Source: Botryllus schlosseri
Lineage: Eukaryota
Direction: 5' to 3'
Assembly: GCA_051294905.1 (NCBI GenBank)
Contig: CM119372.1
Span: forward strand, 13,828,001 to 13,892,000
DNA length: 64,000 nucleotides
In this document: in pieces, positions 13,286 through 26,211 of the stretch
Layout of the letters: the number at the start of each line of letters is the position of its first letter
Numbering within the stretch: position 1 is the first letter of the stretch
Translations under genes and position numbers: made by a program
The notes under the pieces: generated by a model
Databases searched by the model: none
What the model was told of the DNA's origin: nothing
Seen by the model: only the letters and a program-made list of their open reading frames with translations

Positions 13286-15186
13286 CGCGATTATGATCAA
13301 GTTACTGCTTGTAATTTGGGTATTGGACAGCATCTCTTATCCCATCCAGAATGTGCTGATCATTACAATGACAGTCAATTTTCTATAGTTGCTCGTGGCC
13401 GCTCTTTTTTTCATTTGAAGGTCCTGGAATCTACGATTCTCTGTCGCCAGACGGAACGCCGCTACACCCTTGGAATATTTCATTAATGTTGTGTGCTGTG
13501 TTCTCGGTTATTTATAACCGAATATGTGCTCGTTAACGTCTGTTTTGTATCGTTACTACCGTATCTTGCCCGTCTACTAGTTGTTTGTTTTTTGTTATTA
13601 TTACGTCATAGACGCAAAATAGCTCTTACATTTCGAATTTGAAAGCTACGACTGGAAATGACACATTTCAGAAGTCTTGATCATCTCAACAACTTTGTCA
13701 CAAAGTGCAGAAAAATCGATATGGTCGAAAAATACCAAAATATCGTTAATGTGATGGGTAACGGGCATTGTATTGTTTGTGATGGCAGAAAAGATGATAT
13801 GAATGACGGTATGATGGTATGAGTGATACTCGATTACTCGACTCGAAGCAAACTACTCGATTCAGAATCGAATCACTAAGGTGCTCGATTTCACCCAGAC
13901 CTAGTTACTGATACTGTTACGTCTCGTCGGGGATATCTAGAATTAGAAATCCCTAGAAGCGTGTAGGTGTCAAAAGTCTGATGCAAAATAGTTTTATCAG
14001 TTATCTTGTTACTCGCGATCTCGGTTGCAGAGGGATGGGGAACCCTCTCTTTGTCCGACGTCGGCATAAAGAATTAATTCACATATTGGAACTTGTACAG
14101 CAAATTTCATTAAGTGGGCATGATTGTGATTACTCGTAATGTATTGGTGGTCAATGGGTCTGGATCTTGACAAGTTCGGTGAATTTGGCGATTTTTATGG
14201 CTGGAAAAGTTATGGCCAACTTCGCTTCCATGACCAGGAAAGTCAGTTGACGTCCCCGTCCATTGTCCATGCACACGAACGCGACCTGAATGCAGATCGG
14301 CGATGCGTGCTGTGGTTTTGACGCGCATATATGATATGGTGAACGCTGAACGTGCATGATGTTTGCTGCTCAAAACTGATTGATATCAAATATTTTTGAA
14401 AAAAATCGCTCGAATATCGCTAAATATTTTTCATAAGTCGCTAGATTTATCGCTAGTCGCTAGATCGATATTTTTTGTCGCTAAACCGAATGACAAATCG
14501 CTAGATCTAGCGACAAAATCGCTAAATTGGCAACACTGCGTATGCCGAATTGCAGATCGAATCCGGCACACGATATTTTGCATGATGAACTGGTAAACAA
14601 AGAGTTGCCACACGAGGAGATATAAAAAGGATTATTTACCACCAGACGAACCAAATTGCGGCAAACAATAATGGACTACTGCAGACATGGGGTGATTACT
14701 TCATGAATGTAATCGATTGCGATTACGATTACTTCATAATCACGCGATTACGATTACAGCAAAATCAGGAAGTAGTCGATTACGATTGCGATTACATTGG
14801 AAAAGTAATCACGATTACTCACGATTACATTTGTTGTGCTTCTTATAGGACTATAATCTTAAAGGATATATTGGAAGACAATACAAGGATTGCGATGAAA
14901 AGACTTAATGAAATATCAACTCTCTTCATACATCATGCGTCATTTGCTTATTACGTCATAATATACCAATTGCCCAACTTTATTGGGATGATTTATCGCA
15001 CCCAACGATTTGCATGATTGCCCGGTCTTTACCTGCCGCACCCCAAATTCCTTAATAGGGTGGGGAGCATGCTCGAAGGGGACTCAAAAGTATTTCGTAA
15101 ACCAACATAAATTATAGAGTATTTTCGAGAATTTAATTAATTCTTGAAAATGTTCTTCGAGCTTCGCGATTCAAATGTCTCTAGTA

Positions 15187-16392
15187 CAGGGGTCACCAAC
15201 GCGTACCAAATGAGTCGCCCACGGTCGCTGTAGCAAATATTCAAATGAATGATTTGAAAGTTGAAGCTGGTTTCATATGAGCAGCAGTTGAACATGGGTC
15301 GGCCGACCCCAAGGAACATGCGAACGCAGTCGCTAGGGGCATTGCTTGTCTTCGCCCACGCGGCGGCTCAACGGGAATCTATAGTTAATATTCCCGAGTC
15401 TCGACGCAGAGATTAGCGCTTTGGCGCGCACTGCAGCAACGCTACTGAGCCCGGAGGAGTTGGTGTGAGTCCCGGCGAGTGAGCGTTTTTTGTTCTTGGT
15501 AAGGGGCGGAAACCCGGCTCAGTGCTCTGATTGTCTTACTCTAAGTCAGGGCCAGCCAACCCGTGGCCCGCGGGCCACATGTGGCCCGCGAGAAGGTTTT
15601 GAGTGGCCCGCGAGGTAATTTCCGAAATTGGTAATATTATCAAAAATGGATTGCACAGATTGTGAACTTGCAAGGCCAACCAAACATTTGATTAGTCTGG
15701 CGGCAACACTTCAGATGTGATGACTAAAATATCAGTTCCGACGCATTGGCAGATCCATGAGCTAGTCACATTTTGGTAGATATTCGTACACTACAATAAA
15801 GCAGAATAATTTGCGATAGATTTATCAAAACTAAACACTTCGCGCAACATGTTGTCACTCGATTTATTGCTTTTAATATTGTTACCCCTTTCTAAAAATG
15901 AAAGAACGCCTAATGTATCAGATTGAGTCTAACTATATTCGCGATTACGAGACAAAGTGTCGTTCAACATATGAGACCTTGCGTTTGCGCGCGCAGAAAG
16001 ACCGTCGACTAAATGAAACCAATAGGCACAAAATGATTGACGCATGTTAGTCGAAGCTTTCGATATCGATATGTCCAGGTGCAGAATAGTCCATTCCTTG
16101 CAACTGAGGCCAGCGATATACAGCAGGCCCGCAATATAGTCAAGTGACAATATTATTGACCTATGAACTTCGGAAAATTTTCGCGCTTGGCGCGGCTTGT
16201 GGCCCGCGCAATAGTTCGTCAATCAAATGTGGCCCTTTGGCTGAAAAGGTTAGCCACCCCTGCTCTAAGTGAAGTAATCCAACTGAGCACGGGTAAACGG
16301 CGGGAGTAAGTGGTAACTCGTCGGTCGTCGCAATAATCAGTACACACTACACAAGAAGTAGTTTTTTGTTTCAAAACGGTTGGTGACCCCTG
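15187..16392. mobile_element. hAT (Charlie/Buster-like) MITE
   Basis: TIRs CAGGGGTCACCAAC...GTTGGTGACCCCTG, TSD CTCTAGTA/CTCCAGTT (6/8). Confidence 0.75.
15547..16262. mobile_element. hAT (Charlie/Buster-like) MITE nested in 15187-16392
   Basis: TIRs CAGGGCCAGCCAACC...GGTTAGCCACCCCTG, GGCCCGCGGGCC motifs, perfect TSD CTCTAAGT. Confidence 0.85.
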
Positions 16393-17949
16393 CTCCAGTT
16401 GATAGCTGGGTTTGAAATGCATACCTCTCCCCCTCAAGAAAAAACATGCATAGGCTATTTTATGGGAACAGGCATTTCGGAGCCGGTCATTGCCGCGCCA
16501 CGATCCCACAACACACCAAAAGACATATGCAGTTTCAGCCAACACGCAACTCCACAGGATGTGATACCAAAGAAATACCTTGGCCGAAACTTAGGGTATT
16601 CGCCCATTGTCAATAGCCTTGCTGGGTGGGCGTGACTAATAATAGTCCTGTCCTTTCAATCTGAGCCCACAATGCAAATGCCACCCGACGCATCCACATA
16701 GGAATAAAGCCATGACAATTTGCGTGTGCGTCTCACGAAAGATATTCTAGATAGATATTCACGAAAGATATTTTAGTCTGCTACGTTTGGGCGAGTACAA
16801 TATCTTTTGATTAATCAACAGACTGGAGGTCACGAATTAACAACATACAATAAAGTAATTATAACAACATACCAGATGCTATAATTATATGAATTACGTG
16901 CCCCAGCTCTACAGGTAAATCTGACACTCGGGGCTGAGAGAGGTTAAAATGATTAGTAATCTAATGCAATGACCAATATTATTGACGAAATTCAGTTTTG
17001 AAAATTGACCAACGGTTAGACTGGGGGACGAATTGCTGTTGGTTCTGATTCTAGCTACAACCCGCGCTAACATGTCAGGCTATATAAGCGGATGGTTATG
17101 GCGGCAGGTCCTAATGTTGAGTAACCAACTGTGAAATAACGATTGGCGCCCGTTTCAAGTAGTTATATGAAAATAAGATATAGTGAACATAAAAATTCTT
17201 TCTTCAACTTAATACAGATACTGCGAGCTGCTGTTACGAGAAGCGGCTAAGCACGACTCGGTTATGATATATATCAGCAGCTGTTTATTTGTAATGATTC
17301 GTTGTGGAAACTGCAATGTTTTATTCGACGAGTACAAAATTCCGAATTTTTGTCAGCTGTACGTGCGTACGTAGGCCTACTGCTCGCCAAGCAGCAACGT
17401 TGAAACTACGTTTAACTAAGCACAACCAAGCATCAATACATAAGTTACTATTTGAAACTATAGGCAGCACGGTGATCAATATCCTGCTGCGAGGTAGGGG
17501 CTTCTGTAGTGTATTGATAACATGATATACACCACGGCGGATGTTCTTACAATCACACTACAATGTCCATCGAATGTCTGTTTACTATTGTGTGGATACT
17601 TATTACGCAATGACGAGCGGGGCTAATACTTCTGACGTAATAATGAATTATGGTGTTTGCAAATCAGACGTTTGTGCTATCGCTAACGTGGTATATCATC
17701 TCATTCTTGTTCACGAATATTCAGTGTATGTCATAGTCCTTGTACAAACAAAAAGTAATCGTTCTTTGACAAAGAAATCGATTAGATATGGGAAGTAGTC
17801 GATTACGATTACGATTACTTCGGATTTTTTTCGAATCATGTAATCGATTGCGATTACGATTACTTCAAAATGCTGGAATCGTCGTAATCGATTACGATTA
17901 CTAATCGCGATTACCCCATGTCTGGACTACTGTGGACTGGAGTCCAAAG

Positions 17950-18125
17950 CAGAGTTGGATCAATTACAATATTTTAATTCAATTTCAATTACAATTACAA
18001 TTACTTCCTTGCATGTTTCAATTACATTACAATTACAATTACTCGATGCTAAAAATATCAAATTACAATTCTAATTACTGATAAAAATGTAATAAATTAC
18101 CATTATAATTCCAATTCCAATTACT
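17950..18125. repeat. (CAATTA)n array at the left end of another TIR element
   Basis: CAGAGTTGGATCAATTAC followed by tandem CAATTA/CAATTC units. Confidence 0.55.
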
Positions 18126-18977
18126 TTTAAACAGGTAATTGATTCAGTAAAGAGGTGTTCTTTGACAACCGTAGCGACGTAACTAGCAACAATTTCAAGC
18201 TATTCATATTCCATTTCTGATATGTAGAATACCCTTTAATTAAAAAAAAACTCGAATGTATTCGAACTATTCCTAATCATGGGTAATGAAAACTATACAA
18301 GCACAGATAAATGTTTCAAGCGACTGCTAAGAACCACAGGTTTGAGCGACTAACAGCGAATAGGCTACAGGACAGTCAATGAAATGTAATCAAACGATTA
18401 GGCTACTCAGAGCTGAGTCATATTTTGTATTTGTAGAATGCTAATGTGCAATGAGAGATATGATATTCTTTTTTGCCTGCACCATCGAGATGCTTTGACG
18501 AGGGAGTTGTGATACGGCCGTTCGGCCGTAAGGTCATCTTGTCAGGATAATGAAATGTAATTGGTAGGGCGTCAGCAATAAGGATGATACCGATAAGTTG
18601 CGTAAAATGAAAATAAATGCAAGAGGGAAAGAGCCTCTCCTGATAACTAAGAATTGCAATATTTTGGTTCGCATTTACATTTTCAGTTGCTCGGAAACTG
18701 TTAGATTGCATATGATGAACATTAGGGTACGAAAAGTTTCTGGCTCCAGTAAATTAGGTCAAGATTGGACATATGGACAACCCCTACTCAGATTGGAGGT
18801 ATAAGATTGGGATAACATCTCTACAAATGCGTGATCAAGTTTGATGAAGCCTTGGTTGGAAACTTGATTTTTTTTGCTATTGTCGCAGCAAGTCTCGGTA
18901 CAGGTCAGAGATTTAAAAAAAAAACTTTGACCGTGGTGTATAGGAAAATGTTCAGCACAGGTTTCAGAAGAGTTTAT

Positions 18978-19225
18978 TTAAATAGTATATATTCATATTG
19001 AAATGAACCCGAATATTTTCGGCTGACACTCGTCAGGGGTAATCGTCAGCAACTAGTAGAGAATTGGAAAGAACATTGTATATCAACAATCGTATCACAA
19101 AATATGACGTCACGATTGTTGATATACAATGTTCTTTCCAATTCTCTACTAGTTGCTGACGATTACCCCTGACGAGTGTCAGCCGAAAATATTCGGGTTC
19201 ATTTCAATATGAATATACTATTTAA
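18978..19225. repeat. Near-perfect ~250-bp palindrome (fold-back MITE) bounded by TTAA
   Basis: Arms of about 115 bp are reverse complements apart from a 2-nt indel, with an ~18-nt spacer (atcacaaaatatgacgtc). Confidence 0.9.
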
Positions 19226-19610
19226 TTGTATATCGAAGTTCTGTACCTCCAAGAAGCTCTTCAAGAGTTTATTTGCTGTTCATCCATTTTTGAAATATTA
19301 GGATTTAGTTTAGCCCACTGGTTCCTTAACTTCTTTAGACACGCCCCCCTTAGTGAATATTTCGTGCCCCCCATTATCGTCATAGCACACAATGAAACCA
19401 GAAAGTTAGCAATCCTGACATATAGTTTGATGGTATGGAAGGTTACGACTGTTGATGAGAGAATTCTCCAATACGAAATTCAGACTATACACCGAGTAAT
19501 AACCATAAAACGGAGGCGAGTCGGGCCAAGCGCGGAAAAGATTTCAGTTCACTGGAGCGTCGCGCCCCGTTCAGATGCTTTCACCATATAGTGTCCTATA
19601 TGGTGTCGAC

Positions 19611-22275
19611 CAGGGCCGTAACTGCCGCACCCCAAACCCCCCAATTGGGGGGGGCGAGCTCGAAGGGGGCCCCCAAATATTTTGGTGAATTAGCATAAAT
19701 TATAGAGTATTTTTTGAAACTTTATGCAACATTTTCACAAATTTTTCGCGCTGCGCGCGATTTCAAGTTGCCAAATGTTATGATTATTGGGTACTCTCTC
19801 CGCTGCCTTCGATGTAATCGACCACGTTCTATTGGTGGAACGGCTCCATCATGTATTCGGAATCTCCGGCGTGGCATTAGAATGGGTAAAATCCTATTTG
19901 AAAGATCGAATGCAGTGCGTATCTGTGGATGGTGTCCGTTCGTCAGAGATTCAAATCGAATCAGGCGTACCACAGGGTTCTGTTCTCGGCCCATTGCTCT
20001 ACCTCATGTACACGAAGCCAGTTGGAGATATTTGCCGTCGCCATGGTTTCTTCCACCATTGCTACGCGGATGACACACAGGTCTACGGTCTTATGAAAAA
20101 TAGCAATGATTGGGAGAGCGTGTCATCCAAGTTGCAGCGATGTCTTATTGATATTGAGCTCTGGATGACACAAAATCGTCTCAAGTTAAACAAAGAGAAA
20201 ACTGAACTCATCATTTTTACGCCAACCAGACGCCCCATCGACCACAATCAATTCACCATCAGATTCGGACCAGACACCATCCAAGCCAAGACCTGCGTAC
20301 GTAACCTAGGTATTCACTTTGACGGCATGCTCTCAATGGAAAAACATCGACTATACATCAAAGATCTGCTTCATGTATATCCACAAGATCAGTCGAATCA
20401 GGAACTACCTATCTGAGGATGCATGCAAAGCCATAATACTGTCGCTGGTGATATCACGGCTTGACTATGGAAATGCTCTGCTTTACGGGGTAAACCAAAA
20501 TTGCATCGACAAGCTACAAAAGATCCAAAACATCGCTGCTCGTTTGGTAACTAGGTCAAGGAAGCGTGATCACGTAAAACCGATTCTTAGATCCCTTCAT
20601 TGGTTACCCGTGAAATTTAGGTCTGAATACAAGCTTCTTCTGTACGTCTTCAAATGCATGGAGGGAAGTGCACCAGCGTATCTTCGTGAGCTAGTGACAA
20701 TGTATAATCCCGGAAGAGCGCTACGTTCTCAGTCGCAAAAGCTCTTGTCCGTTCCAAGAGTCAGAACATCGACTTACGGCGAGAGAACCTTTTCTTCCTC
20801 GGCCGCCATTCTGTGGAACAATCTTCCAATTTCTATCAGACTATGTGACTCGCTATATGTTTTCAAACGCAAAATCAAGACGGTTTTATTCGCACGAGCG
20901 TTCGAACTAGAGTAGTGTTCATTCCGCCCTACAACTATGCACTTCGTCTTTTATACATATCCTTTACTTTTATATTTAATTGCCTTTTATGTACAGCGCC
21001 CTAGTGTAGTAATGATATATTGTTATATTCGGCGCTCTATAAATTATTATATTATTATTATTATTATTACTCTTACCCCAGTGAAAAATACACAAGATTT
21101 ATAGAAATGGGCATATCGGCGTTGGCCATTACCGCGACGTGACGCACCAAGACATATACAGTTTTAGGCCATGTAACACGCGACTCCAAGAAGTGTGCCA
21201 GAACGATCGGCAGCGAGAAACCTTGGCAGAAAGGACTGCCCTTATGGTGACCGAAAACTTCGTTATATAATAGGCTATAGGCTACGAACTACATATAGGT
21301 TTATTTGTCCATAGTCTCCTAAATGACTGGCGCCGAATGTTCCTGTCTTAGTAATCTGAACCTCATAGGACTGATACCATCCCGCAGCGAAAATTAGATG
21401 CCAGTGAAGAAATACCAATTTGAAATCGTGTGATCTTTTAGTTTAGTAGGCTACGTTTGGGCGATTCTATATTTTTTGATATAGCAGACAGGAGGTCACG
21501 AAATAACATCATGTAACGAAGTCATACCAATGAGTCCGCCCGTCAGAAGATGTTTAATTATTATTTACGAGCTCTACAGTTTCAAAGACATCTCACTCAG
21601 CTCTACCTGTAAATCTGATTTCGTGAGTAGAGAGGACAAGAAATTGATAGCAATATATATGCAATTCCCGATCTTATTGACCGATTTTATCATCAATTAT
21701 CAAAAATTTTCGCGCGTAGCGCTGGCTAACTGAACTGTACAACTGTAATTACGTGACAAACGCGAACAACGTGATTGGGGGGGGGGGGGATCGGTTTATC
21801 ACCCTATGGGAGCCCAAGACTCAAGTTTTTTAGGGGCCTGACGAAGTGTTGTTTCGTTCCTGCCAACGGGTATACACCCGGAGATGTTCAATTATTATTG
21901 AGGGGTCCTACCTTTTCAAGTACACTTTACTCAGCTCTACCGGTAAATCAGATTACGGGAGCAGAGAGAGGATAAAAATTGCTAGCAATATATAAGTATA
22001 ATACGCGACCATATTGACAGATTCAGTCATGAATTGTAGAAATTAAGCAAGCAAAGCTGACTCTCTAAACGGACACCCCATGTATAAACAGCGTCATATT
22101 GACGTATTCAGTCGTGAATTACAAAATTTTCTCGTGGACAACCACTGAAGAAACAGCGCACACCGTATGTAAACAGCGTATAGGCGGAGGCCCCCAGAAG
22201 TTAGGTTTACCACCCTATGGGGGGTCCGAGACCAACGTTTTGGGGGGGGGCTGACGAAGTGCTGTTACGGCCCTG
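19611..22275 (+). mobile_element. Family-X hAT-type non-autonomous element containing an L2 LINE insertion
   Basis: TIRs CAGGGCCGTAAC...GTTACGGCCCTG, perfect TSD GTGTCGAC. Uninterrupted copy at 52016-53197 on the opposite strand. Confidence 0.85.
19798..21067 (+). mobile_element. 5'-truncated L2-clade (CR1 group) LINE: RT C-terminal half, 3' UTR and (ATT)n tail
   Basis: LSAAFD..GVPQGSVLGPLLY..YADDTQ..LKLNKEKTE..RNLG, frameshift near 20340, then SRLDYGNALL..LQKIQNIAARL..HVKPILRSLHWLP..LWNNLP..FKRKIKT, stop at 20915. ATT microsatellite tail 21043-21067, flanking TACTCT duplication. Confidence 0.92.
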
Positions 22276-23470
22276 GTGTCGACACAAGCAAATCTCACGC
22301 CTCAGTGAAATTGTATCACGTCACAATTTCAATCTGGCTACAGGTAATTTGACGGTCATTTTTGACTGGCTTGACGAGCATTAAATTGGGTAAAACGAGT
22401 ATCAATCGAAAGCTGACTCTGCATTGATTACGAAAATATAAATTTTATTCCGCTCGTGTACCTGGAACTCCCACAATCAGCCTCGAATTTTTCATTGTTA
22501 TGAAGATTGGCATTGGGACGCAACAATGGTGGCTGGGTCTTTTTCTCTTGAGCTACTCTCTCGTTTCGCCAGACAGCATTGTTGCGTCCCAATGGCAATC
22601 TCCATAACAATGAAAAATTCGAGGCTGATTGTGGGAGTTCCAGGGCCACGAGCGGAATAAAATTTATATTTTCGTAATCAGTGCAGAGTCAGCTTTCGAT
22701 TGATACCCCTTTTACCAAATTTAATGCTCGGCAAGCCGGTCAAAAATGACCATCAAATTGCCTGTAGCCAAATGGAAATTGTGACGTGATACAATATCAA
22801 TGAGGCGTGAGATTTGCTTGTGTCGACACCATGCATATAGGACACTATGCTTTCACGCCGCCCAAGGGGGCACGCCCCTAGCCTACGCCGATGCGAGCTA
22901 GTCAATGCGGTGTCCGAACCCTGCCCTGGTGTTGAATATAAGAGGGCAATTAGTGATTGGACGATGGACGCGCGCTTTCCAATTTTTAATCATCAATTTT
23001 GTGTATTCATTCTTGTCTGCTTGATACACTCGTATTCCTGAATTGTCGAGCAATATGTCACTTGCGAGCTTGCAGTGTAATTGGTTACCGACTTGTACCG
23101 TGCACGGCGTTGAATTAAGTACTCAGATATTGATGCACCACCAGATTGTCAGTGGCACTAATTTCGAGTTTATTCGATTCGTTTGAAGGGGAACCTTCCA
23201 TCCATACTCCACTAAACTTGATCGACGACGAAAGGACTGGTAACGAGCACACCAATATCGAATTTGAAGCCATTGGGTATATTTGGTAAAAAATGGATTT
23301 CTGCCGATAAGGTCGCGACATGTGCTCATTTCTGCAGTTACATCTGAACAAATCGCACCATTTCAAGATTGAAGTGGACTGTATGGTTTGATATTAACGA
23401 GCGCTGTACCGGTATTAAAACATCACGTCACTGTTTTAATGCTGTACCATGTGTGCAATGTAGCCTACAT

Positions 23471-25143
23471 CAGTGCTCTTCAACCTTTTTCGACGTGGTA
23501 CACCCTTTTAACGTTTGCTCAAAACTCGTACACCCCTGTTCATTAGGGTCTTCAAAAATGACTTTTTATTTCTCAAATCGTACTGACTACTTGATAAAAT
23601 TGTTAGGTTACCTAATTTAAGCCTACACACCAAATTTGGTTCAGAAGAAAGTTTCTATTTATTTTATATAAATAAATAACGAAAAATTTGAATTTTTTCT
23701 GATCACCCCATGAAAGTATTAGGTTGTCTATAAAAACGATGTTCTTCAAATTTGGTTCAATTCCGACCAGTAGAAGCGGAGGTATTGCCGTCAAAAAAAA
23801 TGGATTTGAATAAAATAGTATTTGGTCACAGAGTCTATTCGCAGCCAGTTAGGCAGCCCGCCACGCAAATTTAGGCTTACAATATTTTGGAAATCTAAAA
23901 AGAGAACACTTTTTCAGAAATTTGAGACTTGCAAAACCGGAGAAGAATTCTAAAAAAGCGGTGAATTTTTCCCACTTGGTGATCAATTGACTAAAAAAAG
24001 GTCATCTTTCCGCTCAGAGCTCAAAATATCGTTTTTCTCTCCGCATTGCTAGTTGGATGACTAAAAAAGGTCAACTTTTCACTCAGAGCTAAAATCACAG
24101 TTTTTCACTCCGAAATACCCGCCGGAGCGTCACTTCTGTGCTGATTTACGGCATATCAATTTGCTCTAAATCTGACCTAAATTTTCAAAAAAGAGGACAA
24201 ATCTCAAAAAAAGAAGACAAAAGGGCGTCCTCCGAGGACACTTTCAAAAAAGTCAAAAAAGAGGACAAATCCTCTTAAAAGAGGACGTATGGTAACCCTA
24301 CGCAAATTGGAATTTATTTCGTGTCAGAGCAAAAACAGCATGATATAACGAACGATAATCAACCTAAATGTAACAGTATTGGGGGGAGAGTAGGTAAAGC
24401 TACTGCTGCAGAAGCGGTAATTCAGATCAGCGATGATAGCAGGCGCACCAGCCTACTGCGCATCAGGCCTGCCACACACCACACACAGTCGATAGTAGCA
24501 CATGGGCTGCCAGAGATGTCAGTAACCTCAGATCGTATGCCGCTATACACAGTCTATTGTCGCTAATTTACATCATTTATAACAAAATACTAGATTGCAA
24601 ATGTATGGCGAAAGATTGGACATATACAATCGGCATTTTAAAACAAAAGGGTTTCGATTTCAATATGGAAGCTGTTTCGACCCTGGCTAGCTAAGTCACT
24701 TCATTTATTTGCATTGCGGTATTTATTAGCGTCGGGTAGGAAGCACGGATTCAAAAAGTCTGAGCTATCGCGGCGGTTTCCTCACAAATCAATAAAATAC
24801 AAATGACTTGCTGAACACATGTTTGTTAACTGCATACTTTACAACACCAAACGGAACCATTGGTCTATTGCCGACGGCTAAATGAATAGAAGAAATATTT
24901 GCTTATGACATCACAATCAAGCGGTGTACAGTATTACACTTGAGATAACATTGTACCATATTGCTCGTTAACCTGTGCGTCAACCTGTCTGTACTGACCT
25001 ATAAACCGGCATTTGTGATAGCTAGCCATCGGCTCACTGTTACTCGGATCTGGTACTCCCCTGTACACCCCATCCGAGTGGTACACCCTTTGCGAATTCT
25101 GGTACACCCTAGGGTGTACGACCACCCCGGTTGAAGAGCACTG
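23471..25143. mobile_element. hAT-type element (GTACACCC subterminal repeats) hosting a family-Z copy
   Basis: TIRs CAGTGCTCTTCAACC...GGTTGAAGAGCACTG, perfect TSD GCCTACAT. Confidence 0.85.
23872..24300. mobile_element. Family-Z hAT-type MITE, second copy
   Basis: Highly similar to 10492-10909, perfect TSD CGCAAATT. Confidence 0.85.
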
Positions 25144-25386
25144 GCCTACATCGCTACATGCAATGGCATGGAGTAAATTGCGTTCTCGAGCGGATGTGAC
25201 GTCATCTAAAGACGACACGAAGTAATTATGACGTCACATGATTTTGCATACCCCTCAAAATGACGGATTCTTATGACGGCTACAAACGAACCAGTTGCCG
25301 GGGCATCAATGACCTCCGGAGCTAATTCATCACAGAAGAGAGCTCCGGAGCCGAAGCAGTATTATAATTTACTAGTCCAAAGCCCT

Positions 25387-25869
25387 GACTAAAACAACGC
25401 CACACACCAAATTTGACTCAGTTCCACCGAGTAGAAACGAAATTCTTGCAGTAGAAATATTTGAATTTATTACCCAAAAAATAAATAAAAAATTCAAATT
25501 TTCTGCGGATCCCATAAAATTGTTAGGTTGTCAGTAGAGTCGATGCATATCAAATTTGGTTAATTCCAACCAGTAGAAGCGAAGTTATTGCAGTAGAAAA
25601 CTTTGGACTTGAATGAGATAGTATTTATGGCGACTAGCTCCTTTACTTATTACAAAGCACGGAATTTTACTACTGTGAGCACTTCGCTTCTAGTGGTTGG
25701 AATTGAGCCGAATTTGGTGTGCATCATCTCTACGGACGGCCTAACAATTTGATGGCGTAGACTGAAATATTCTATCGTCAACTTTTTTATACAATAAATT
25801 CAAAATTTTCTGCGAGAACTTCTACTCGAGGGAACTGAGCCAAATTTGGTGTGCAGCGTTGTTTTAGTC
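25387..25869. repeat. Imperfect fold-back element built from repeated CAAATTTGG..AATTCCAACCAGTAGAAGCG modules
   Basis: GACTAAAACAACGC..CACCAAATTTGACTCAGTTCC is the inverse of GGAACTGAGCCAAATTTGGTG..GCGTTGTTTTAGTC. A related module is at 23620-23820. Confidence 0.55.
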
Positions 25870-26211
25870 AACATAATGATCGTATCACGTAGCCAGTAAA
25901 ATTTGAAAAAAACTATATTTGAACAGCCCTAATGTCGACTCTACATGTCACGGAACCACATTACTTCAGCGAAAATTTGCTTCGCCACCCATTTCCTCAT
26001 ATTACCACAGTCCCACTACTATACCCTCAAACAAACATTAGACTTAAATCCACATCAAGAATTCATTGCGAATGTCAAGTAATAGCTACTCGTATACACA
26101 TAATTCAGACACAAACATAATGATGACATACATGATTTTGTCTCGTCCAAAATAAGATATAGCACACGTTTATCGATTTAAGCTAATAAATATCCTTTAT
26201 TCAATTCAATC

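Larger units (their letters stand above)
10319..13903. mobile_element. Family-W MITE (TAGG.CT.GGCAC TIR, TACTCGA/TCGAGTA repeats) interrupted by two insertions
   Basis: Ends are homologous, in reverse orientation, to the element at 41880-44858. Contains 10492-10909 and 11046-13285. Confidence 0.65.
8286..14538. mobile_element. Composite hAT-like element (CAGTGTTGCCAA TIR, many ATCGCTA subterminal repeats) with nested insertions
   Basis: CAGTGTTGCCAAC at 8286 and again at 8316, TTGGCAACACTG ending 14538. 8316-9535 is a related unit inserted near the left end. Imperfect TSD CCAATGCC/CGTATGCC. Confidence 0.65.
14682..17924. mobile_element. hAT-type element with GATTAC subterminal arrays, hosting nested insertions
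   Basis: TIRs CAGACATGGGGT...ACCCCATGTCTG, perfect TSD GACTACTG, (CGATTA)n at both ends. Confidence 0.85.
19585..22849. mobile_element. Family-Y fold-back MITE (P-element-like CATAG ends) interrupted by a family-X hAT element
   Basis: Ends CAT(AT)AGTGTCCTATATGGTGTCGAC...GGACACTATG, 7-bp TSD CTTTCAC. Intact copy at 41896-42457. Confidence 0.8.

Noticed and set aside
14700..14830. CRISPR-like or regulatory array (GATTAC repeats; also ATCGCTA, CAATTA and AAGAGGAC arrays)
   Set aside because: Eukaryotic context, no unique spacers, and the arrays sit just inside TIRs as subterminal repeats.
20319..20416. Programmed frameshift between the two overlapping RT ORFs
   Set aside because: The element is 5'-truncated and L2 ORF2 is normally continuous; a small indel explains it.
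22428..22649. Repeated small ORF MALELPQSASNFSLLW (also 42064-42261)
   Set aside because: Chance ORF inside the palindromic family-Y MITE.
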